DNA of 64,000 nucleotides from Vicugna vicugna (taxonomy: Eukaryota): positions 2,312,307 to 2,376,306 of the forward strand of contig MU061050.1 in assembly GCA_013265495.1 (NCBI GenBank). The letters are read 5' to 3'. Position 1 is the first letter of the stretch. Each line of letters starts with the position of its first letter. Of the stretch, positions 56,633 to 64,000 are shown in pieces. The notes beneath the pieces are model-generated. The model saw only the letters and a program-made list of their open reading frames with translations, was not told the DNA's origin and ran no database searches. The position numbers and the translations under genes are program-made.

Positions 56633-57707
56633 AAAGCATGTTCAGGGAAGGGGGCCTAGTAATCTATATATTCAACAAGCACCCCAGGGGGTTCATGTCC
56701 TCAAGCAAGTTTGGGACAACACTATTCTAGAGCAAGTGATTTCCAAATACATTAGGCCCACTGGAGGTGCACTTGGGATACAAGATGCCTGGGCCCATAC
56801 TCCAGAGATTCTGATTCAGGGGTGTGTGGAGAGGAACGTGGGTGTCTGGATGGTTTTAAAGCTTTTCATGTGTTTGCGGTGGGCAGCCTGTTGGGCCCGC
56901 AGCTGAACTGCTCTGAGCAAACTCCCCAGTGCTGCAGCCGCCAAGGGGCCATCTCACATTCACTGCACCTTCTTCCCAGATTCTGCTCATTGTTAAAGTA
57001 GCAGCCACTCTACTCTTGAAGTGCTCCTGGATCTCAACAACCGCTTACTGGTTAATGAGCAGACGCTCTGTGCGGGGGCCCGGGGTGGGGGAGGTGAGGG
57101 TGGCCCTGCAGGACCCTGTGAGATGAGGTCTCTGCCTTCAGGGAGCTGACAGCTGGCTCGGGAAGAAGGTGGGCGGGGAGAGGGAGTGTGCCTGGCACGG
57201 AAGGGGAGGGGGAGAAGCGGGAAGGCAGGTAGGATGCAGGCTGAGAGCCAGACTGTGGAGGGGGCTATGCAGAGTTGCCAATTCACTTTGGGCCTCCTCG
57301 GTCCCCCGTCACCCAGGCTAACGTAGGAGAGTTGGAGGTTTTTAAAATTTCCTCAGTCTGGAGATTTTCAGGGCGGCTCTTTAAGGCTTGGTTTGTAAGT
57401 GGGGTGGCCGGGTGGCGGGAAGGGATCAGGAGCTGAGCGTTTGTTAAGCACTCGCAGTGGATTGACAGTGACGTCTGGGTGGGGTCCTAGGCTCCCGCCT
57501 TCCTCCTATTCTCAGGGCTTCCCCGGCCAACGCCCGGCTGGGGAAGGTGCAGTTCCCACAGATTCCACAGGGTAGCGCACTGGTCACGCAGCGCTTGCTC
57601 CTGGGGCTGGAGAGGCACTTTTCCAAGTTAGGAGACTGGTTTTTCCTATCTCAATGGCCGCCCAACTTTCCTCGAATTTCTAATCGCCGCCATCTCTGCT
57701 GTGCCAG

Positions 57708-57855
57708 ATCGGCGTGGTGGTGACGTTCCTGGTGCTTCTTGTTTTCTCCTACAACGTCATCTTCCTGTTCGTGGGGACAGCCAGTCTGGGCCTGTTCCTA
57801 AGTAGCACCTTCCCCAGCCTGCTGGCCTACACCGAGGACATCCTGCAGTACAAAG
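57708..57855 (+). CDS. MFSD4A: MFSD4A coding exon 7
   Basis: Acceptor ctctgctgtgccag and donor gtgagt. IGVVVTFLVLLVFSYNVIFLFVGTASLGLFLSSTFPSLLAYTEDILQYK(G). Confidence 0.97.
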
Positions 57856-59569
57856 GTGAGTTTGGGGTGGGGAGGGGCGTGAATAGTGCCAAAGCCCTCC
57901 TTTAGGCTGGGTGCTGCCCCCCACCAGGCCACGCTTCCTGGGGTCCTCCAGCCAGAAGCTCCCTGCCCCACTTACTCATGGAAGCAAATGCTCCCCCCGA
58001 CTCTAGTGGGAATAGGCTCACTGACGAGGTTGTTCTGACCCACGTGGCTCCCTCCGCTCGACATTATACCTGTATCATGTGATTTCAGACCACGGAGAAA
58101 ACACAGTAAGCATCTCTTTCCCATTTTCTTTCTCCCCAGAGTAGTGGCTCCTGACCCACAGCTGGCATTTTGTGTAACATGCACGTGCTGGAAAGTCCAA
58201 GTTCACAGAAAAGCAAAGTTGCAGGGGAAACACTGAGGCATTGGAAAGGAGTTTCGTAACTTATCACTAAAAGAACCGCCTTGCTTTGTTGTTCTTGTGA
58301 ACGCTGTTCGAAACAGATTAGAACAAGGATTCCACACCTGATCTGGGGTTGTGACATAGCTTCCTTAAAGTCAGAAACCTCTAATTCGGTCGATGCATCT
58401 TCCTTTTCTGTAGTCTTCCAAGTCTGTACAGTAAATATCTTTTTGTTAAATAAAAAAAGTTAATTATGAACATGTAATGTTACCCTTAGGAGTAACCAGA
58501 GTCTCCCTAGGGTGTTGGAAAACCAGCATTAAAGATGAGTGATTTCTTTAGAGCAGGAATGAGGGAAATTGGTGTTTGGCGGGGTTGAGGTCGGGGCAAG
58601 GCCAGATCAGAGCAATTATCTGCTGAGTTGATCCTGAGACCTGGAGTCCCTGAAATATAGAGATAATCCCCAAACCTCAAACAAGTAAAGTAATGAAATG
58701 ATGTTGGTATCACATGTCACACAGGGTTTTAAGTGATCAGCAAGTGTTAGAGTTTAGTAATAGTAATATTAAGTTGGTTGTCTCTGCTGCAAATGATCAC
58801 TCAAATCCGTCCTCCTGTCTTCTCACCATCCCTGCACTAGTTCAGGCCTTTATCTCCACTTACCTGCTTGGAATAGTTAATTGTGCCTAGCTTTTCGTAA
58901 TTTCTAATCATCTCCATCCCTGCCTTGGCAGGTCCTGGCTTGCCTCCTTGCCTTTGGATTTGCCTCCGTCAGCGGTTCTCAAGGCTGGTTCCACATTTAA
59001 ACCACCTGGGGCCCTTGTAACAAAGCCCACTGCCTGGGCATCATCAGCATAAAGTCTGATGTAACTGGTCCTGAGCTGCTGGGTGATTCTGACGTGTAGC
59101 CAGGGTGAGGACCACTTATGGGGCCGTCCTCTGCACTGCTGCAGATGGCTTGCTTTAAAACCCAGAGCTGATCACGGCCTTCATATCTCCCTGTGGAGCT
59201 CTTTCTCTCTCTCCAGACTTCTCCCTCTCTGCTTCCCCTCGAAGCCCACACTCTAGCCATGTTGAATTACTCGTTCTTCCCTGCTGGCACGAAAACTATT
59301 CTGTATTCCCCCACTTTGACACATGGTGACCCCTCTGCCTGGAATGCCTCTTTACCCCTTCCCACCCTTTTATCTTCTCCTCAAGTTCCTCCGAGCTCTG
59401 GGAAGTTTCTCTGATCCCACTGGGAGGGTGTGCCGCACTCCTTTGTACTGGCCTTTTGTGTTTGTCCCACCTCCAGGCTTTTGTACCCATGTTATCTGCG
59501 TTCTCTCCTTGACAGCATGCTCCCTGTGGGCACCAGCAAGGGACAAGGGTGAGAGCATGGGCTTGGAGG

Positions 59570-59790
59570 TTACCAGCAGACCTGAATGTCAGTCCTGCCT
59601 CCACACCTTCTGGCTTTGTGACCTTGTGCAGTTCAATTCCTTTCCCCTTTCTGAGCCTCAGTTTTCTTATCTGCAAAATTGGGATGCAAATACCTTCCTA
59701 TTAGGATTGTTTTGTGCATTAGAGAAAATGTGAAGCTCTTGATTTGGCAGCATCCCTGGCTCACAGGTGCTTAGTATCTATGGTAACTCT
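59570..59790 (+). mobile_element. MIR SINE fragment
   Basis: ctttgtgaccttgtgcagttc...ctgagcctcagttttcttatctgcaaaattggg...ggattgttttgtgcattagag. Confidence 0.75.
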
Positions 59791-60118
59791 AATTACTCAT
59801 CTGGGTTCCTCGGTGTTTAGCACAGTACCCGATGCCCAGAGGGACTGAGAGGCTTTTGAAGGCATGAGTGGAATAGACAGGGGGTGCCACTGACCAGTGT
59901 TGAATCTAGAGAGGGTTTCATGGAAGAGCTGAGACTTGAGCTGGCCCAGGATTTGGAAAGTCAGAAAGAAAAACGAAAGGCATTCCAGGAAAGGGTGGGG
60001 CGGGGGCAGTGAACAGCCTGAGAGCAAAGACACAGAGACAGGTAGAAACGTTTAAGTGAGATAAACGAGGAACTTGAAGCTCAGAGTAGACAGTGATGAT
60101 CTGTGTTTGATTAAAAGT

Positions 60119-60252
60119 GGGGAGGTTACAGCTCAGTGGTAAAGTGCGTGCCTAGCATGCATAAGGTCCTGGATTCGAACCCCGGTGCCGCCACCATTAA
60201 ATAAATAAATAAACCTAATTACTTTCCCTCAAAAAAAATTAAAAAAAAAAAA
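60119..60252 (+). mobile_element. tRNA-derived camelid-type SINE
   Basis: ggggaggttacagctcagtggtaaagtgcgtgcctagcatgcataaggtcctggattcgaacccc with the taaataaacctaattac tail. Confidence 0.9.
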
Positions 60253-60769
60253 GCTAGGTGACAACCATACGTTGGCCACTGTGCTAATAATCAGCAGTGG
60301 TCTGTGCACTGAACTGAAAGTCAAGGCCAGGTCCTCTCTCCTGGGCTTACAGCCTTGTGGGGAAGGCTGCCTGGTAAACAGATCTGGGGATACGGATGTG
60401 GAGATGTGAGAGTAGGGGGTGGGGAGGGCTGCCGGAGCACAGAGGAGCAGCAAGAGACCCAGGTTCAGGGACGGCAGGAGCGGGAGAGGATTATGAAGGA
60501 AATCTGAACCTGGACTTGTTACAAGATGAACAGGAGTTTGCCAAAGAGAAGGAGGAAGAGGAACGTTCAGGAGGGAGTGAAGGCGTGTGTCAGAAGCTGG
60601 CGGGGAGAGTGTGTGCGGGGTCAGGAGACAGAAGAGAGCTTCTCCTGGAGGTAGAGCTGTCAATGCGGGCACATTATAAAGGGCCCTGCAAACTACATTA
60701 AAGTGTTTGGACTTGATCCTGACAGCGGCGTTGAAGGGTTTAAACAGAGAACTGGCCTGGTTTCGAGGG

Positions 60770-60970
60770 TTTTCTGTGTGTCAGCGCTATGCCACGCACT
60801 CGCTTGTATCACGTCCGAGTTGTCTACACAGCAACCCTGCGAAGGAGGTGTTGTCGTGCGCGCTTTACAGAAGGAAACCAAGGCCTGGAGAGAAGGGAAA
60901 GGATTTGCCTAAAGTCACCTGACTAGTAGGTGACAGTGAGCTTGGAACCCAAGTCTGGCTCTGAAGGTCT
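60770..60970 (-). mobile_element. MIR SINE with unusually many CpGs
   Basis: cacagcaaccctgcgaaggaggt...ctttacagaaggaaaccaaggc...tttgcctaaagtcacctgactagtagg follows the reverse MIR consensus. Confidence 0.7.
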
Positions 60971-61391
60971 ATACCCTGTTGTGGGATTAACCAGAGGTGT
61001 GTCTGGTCGGTGCAGTGCCAGGGCAGTGTGGACACTGGCCTGCTTAGCAGAGGGCTGGCCTGAGGAGATCAGGAAGTCTTCCTGGAGAGGTAGTTGGCAG
61101 TCAGATTGGGAAGGTCCCTGAATGCCAGGCTAAGCCAGAACTTACCCTGAAGACAATCATGAGGAATGGACGATTTCAGAATAAGGAAGGAATTATAGTG
61201 ACAGTAGGACCTGAGAATTCCCAAAGCCAAGGTAAGGGCTCAAGGCTAAGAAATCGTAGGAATTCAAAACAGTCCTCTTAGGCAGTCGCATCGTTTTTCC
61301 AGAGGCTTCCCAGAAACAACCTGGATTGTGCCAGCAGTCGTCTGTCTCCTTAGCTGGCTTTTGCTAAGCCAAATCCTTCTCTTTTGGTCAG

Positions 61392-61462
61392 GCTGTGCGA
61401 CCACGGTGCTGGTGACCGGGGCAGGCATCGGCGAGATGGTCCTCCAGATGCTGGTTGGTTCG
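61392..61462 (+). CDS. MFSD4A: MFSD4A coding exon 8
   Basis: Acceptor cttctcttttggtcag and donor gtacgt. (G)CATTVLVTGAGIGEMVLQMLVGS. Confidence 0.96.
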
Positions 61463-62693
61463 GTACGTGGGGCAGCGCGGGTTGGGGGAGTCTTCGGGGT
61501 GTGCTCCTCCAGGCAGGTGAGACGACGTGGCCGGCCCCCTTCTGAACCCACGCTCCCCCTTCCCTGAGCCTCCCACACAGCAAGCGGGGCTCCACTCTCT
61601 CTCCTGTTTCCGTCTCCGAGTCAGCCTTGAAAGCTGAGCCTCCAAATGTGGGACCTGGAGATGCGAAGGATACGTGGTACCGTCCAAAGCAAACACAAGC
61701 CCTGTCTGGGAGCAGGGCCAGAGGCCCCGCGGGAACGTTTAGCTCTCAGAGCCCGGGCTGGGTTTGGGCTGCAGGCAGAGTTCCTTTCCAGCCCTCTCCA
61801 CCTACCGCTCCCTGCCCCACCTCTCCTCGCCTTTGGCCGCCCTACAAAGGGCCCGGCTTTCCTGCCCACCTCCGGCCCTGATCAAGGGCCGACTTGCCCA
61901 GTTCTCTTCAAACATACCCCCATTTCATCTGTTCACCAGGAAGGGAAAAATACATCTGCTTTTGACAGAAGACTAGAATGTAAACACCGCTGTTCTCCTT
62001 TTTACAAAGGACGATGTTGCATCTCAGAGAAATTAAGCGACTTGCCTTGGGTCACACTTCCGATAACCATCGGAATGATGACATTCCATCCTAGGTTTTT
62101 TCAAGTCTCCAAGATCCCTCTAACCACTCCTTGATTCTCCTCCCCTTTTCTTTCGCTCTGCTGGACAAGGGGGAAGAGCTACACCTTATGATGCCCTCTG
62201 CGCTGAGATGACGTGATGTCTGGGGCTTGCCTCGGTGCAACCCAGTGCAGGGGGGAGGTGGAGGGGGCAGAGGAAACCGGCGTTCGTTTCTGAAGTTGGT
62301 GATGGGTCCGTGGGAATTCCACGTGCTACTTTGGCACGTGTTTTCAACCTTCCATGACAGTTCTGGTCAGGCCTTGAGGGTATAGAATCTCCTAATATGA
62401 TAGGAGTTTTAAGGAAGACATGGAGATTTTTAGAAGGTTCCAGGGCACAGAGCTAAAGGGACCACAGGGGTCACTGGGTCCAACCCCTCCCCTTTACTGC
62501 AGGATTTCTGCCACCTTCAGAAACGTAACTTGAAACGAGGCCAAGATGTCCATCCTACCTGTGTTTCTATCAATTGGTGTGACGGGCCTCAACTCGACTG
62601 AAAAACCTACTGAGGCCTGAGAAGGCCGCTGCCTCCCATACATCTTCGTGGGCGGTTTTGCTGATCTGTATCTCTGTGTTCCCCCCTTGGCAG

Positions 62694-62814
62694 GTTTTCC
62701 AGGCTCGGGGAAGCTATAGTTTCCTGGTCTGCGGCGTGATCTTTGGGTGCCTGGCTTTCACCTTCTATATCTTGCTCCTGTTTTTCCACAGGATGCACTC
62801 TGGACTCTCATCAG
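62694..62814 (+). CDS. MFSD4A: MFSD4A coding exon 9
   Basis: Acceptor ccccccttggcag and donor gtaagg. VFQARGSYSFLVCGVIFGCLAFTFYILLLFFHRMHSGLSS(G). Confidence 0.97.
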
Positions 62815-63953
62815 GTAAGGAAAGAATCTGTTTCTACACAAGAGGAGGAAAACAGAGCGGGGGGGGGGCATGTGGGAGATGCTGTGGATCTTAGCACACC
62901 CCCAGCGATGTTCTGTTCCAAGTAAAATGCAAGGAAATGTTTATTTTTCTACAGCTTCCTTTTCCCCTCTTCCTGCTTTGTCCTGCAATTGTCTGAGCTC
63001 CACTCTCAGGGCAGGAGGGAACAGGACAGGCTGACTCATGGTTTCTCCATTCAGAGAGGGGCATGGACTGTGAACTGGCTTCCTACATCCCACCCTGCCA
63101 TGGGACCGGGGGCCAAGAATGCCTTTCCAGCCTGTACAGAGACCTGAAAGGCAGAGCCTGCCTCCTTAGCTGGAACTTGGCCCAGCAGCCTAACTGGCCA
63201 TCTCTTTGCAGTTGGGGATTTGACTCGAGTCCAAATCTCTTTTTCAAAAAGAAATCCTTCAGGCCAAGTAGCAAAGAAAAGCAGCTCCTTCCTGGAAGGG
63301 ACATCTCCTAATAACAGTCCCACTCCTGGAGACCCGAGGCAGGGGGCGTCCCAGGGCTGTTCTCGTGACCCTGAGCCCTGATCTGCCTTTCTGCCCAGAG
63401 CCCTCAGAGCCCCAGCAACTGCACCAGCTGTTCACGTAGCTCTTAAGAACAGGTGCCCAGGCAGAACCCTCATCCTCTTCACAGAAGGCAAAATACTGGT
63501 CACAGAAAGGCTGAAGGAACAGGCATCCACAGCCCTCTCTCGCAGTAGGGACACATGCTCCCTTTAAGCATCAATGTGGGGATCCCCCAGTCAGCACCCG
63601 CTCCAGCCTCGCGTCCAAGGCGGCAGGTCCAGGTGTTGTCCAGCCCCGCACTTGGCAGTTAGGCCATCCGTCCAGAGAGATTTGCTGAACATCCAGTGAA
63701 TAATAATGAGTTCCCTGTTCACAGGGGACAAAAAGAAATAGATGTTCCCCAAGCCCCGGACACTAGTCTCAACAGACTGTCTCCCCCAGCAGTTTGCCAG
63801 ATTTCGCAGGTCTGACCTTTCCCCCAACGTGAGCCACCAAATGGCAGAGAAGCAAAAAGCCTGGGTAAGCGCTCAGAACGAGTGAGGGCCGTGACTAACC
63901 TGAGCTGCTGAAACACCTGTGTGGTTTTTTGTTTGTTTGTTTTTCTGTTGCAG

Positions 63954-64000
63954 GTCCAACCCAGGACAAAGCACTTGGGATGGAGAGTCTTGAGTGCTAC
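63954..64000 (+). CDS. MFSD4A: MFSD4A terminal coding exon (continues past the window end)
   Basis: Acceptor tttttctgttgcag. (G)PTQDKALGMESLECY, comparable to recalled human VPTQDRSIGMENSECYQR. Confidence 0.92.

Noticed and set aside
61341-61391. Upstream acceptor (ccttag ending at 61353) for exon 8
   Set aside because: It would add 38 nt and shift the frame, so it is unlikely to be productive.
1-64000. CRISPR arrays, rRNA, snRNA genes, or a novel multi-gene system
   Set aside because: There are no regularly spaced repeat-spacer arrays or recognisable structural RNA genes. The coding content I can recognise is explained by CDK18, MFSD4A and transposon remnants.

Overview
This is mammalian genomic DNA, most likely Camelidae. 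That is inferred from about 10 copies of a tRNA-Ala-derived SINE of the camelid (Vic-1-like) type and from young L1 3' ends. Two genes lie on the + strand, both recognised from translated exons with GT-AG junctions in consistent phase. The first is the last six coding exons of CDK18 (PCTAIRE-3; 282-2755). The second is nearly all of MFSD4A (SLC60A1; ATG at 39438, ten coding exons, stop just past the window end), whose exon 1 is almost entirely hidden in an N-gap inside a CpG island. The 35-kb interval between the genes is mostly transposon-derived. It includes a 6.9-kb two-LTR class I (ERV1, MER4-group-like) provirus on the - strand with a tRNA-Arg primer-binding site, polypurine tract, near-matching 4-bp TSD and only remnants of integrase/env. 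It also includes a four-level nested insertion (MER5 > Tigger > SINE > 600-bp polyadenylated retroposed fragment with a perfect 16-bp TSD). I found no evidence for a new protein-coding gene or a new biological system. The best leads are the unidentified retroposed fragment, the provirus, local CpG/GC gain in old repeats inside MFSD4A, and candidate alternative splice sites. Repeat family names and human protein comparisons are from memory of consensus sequences, not from database searches.
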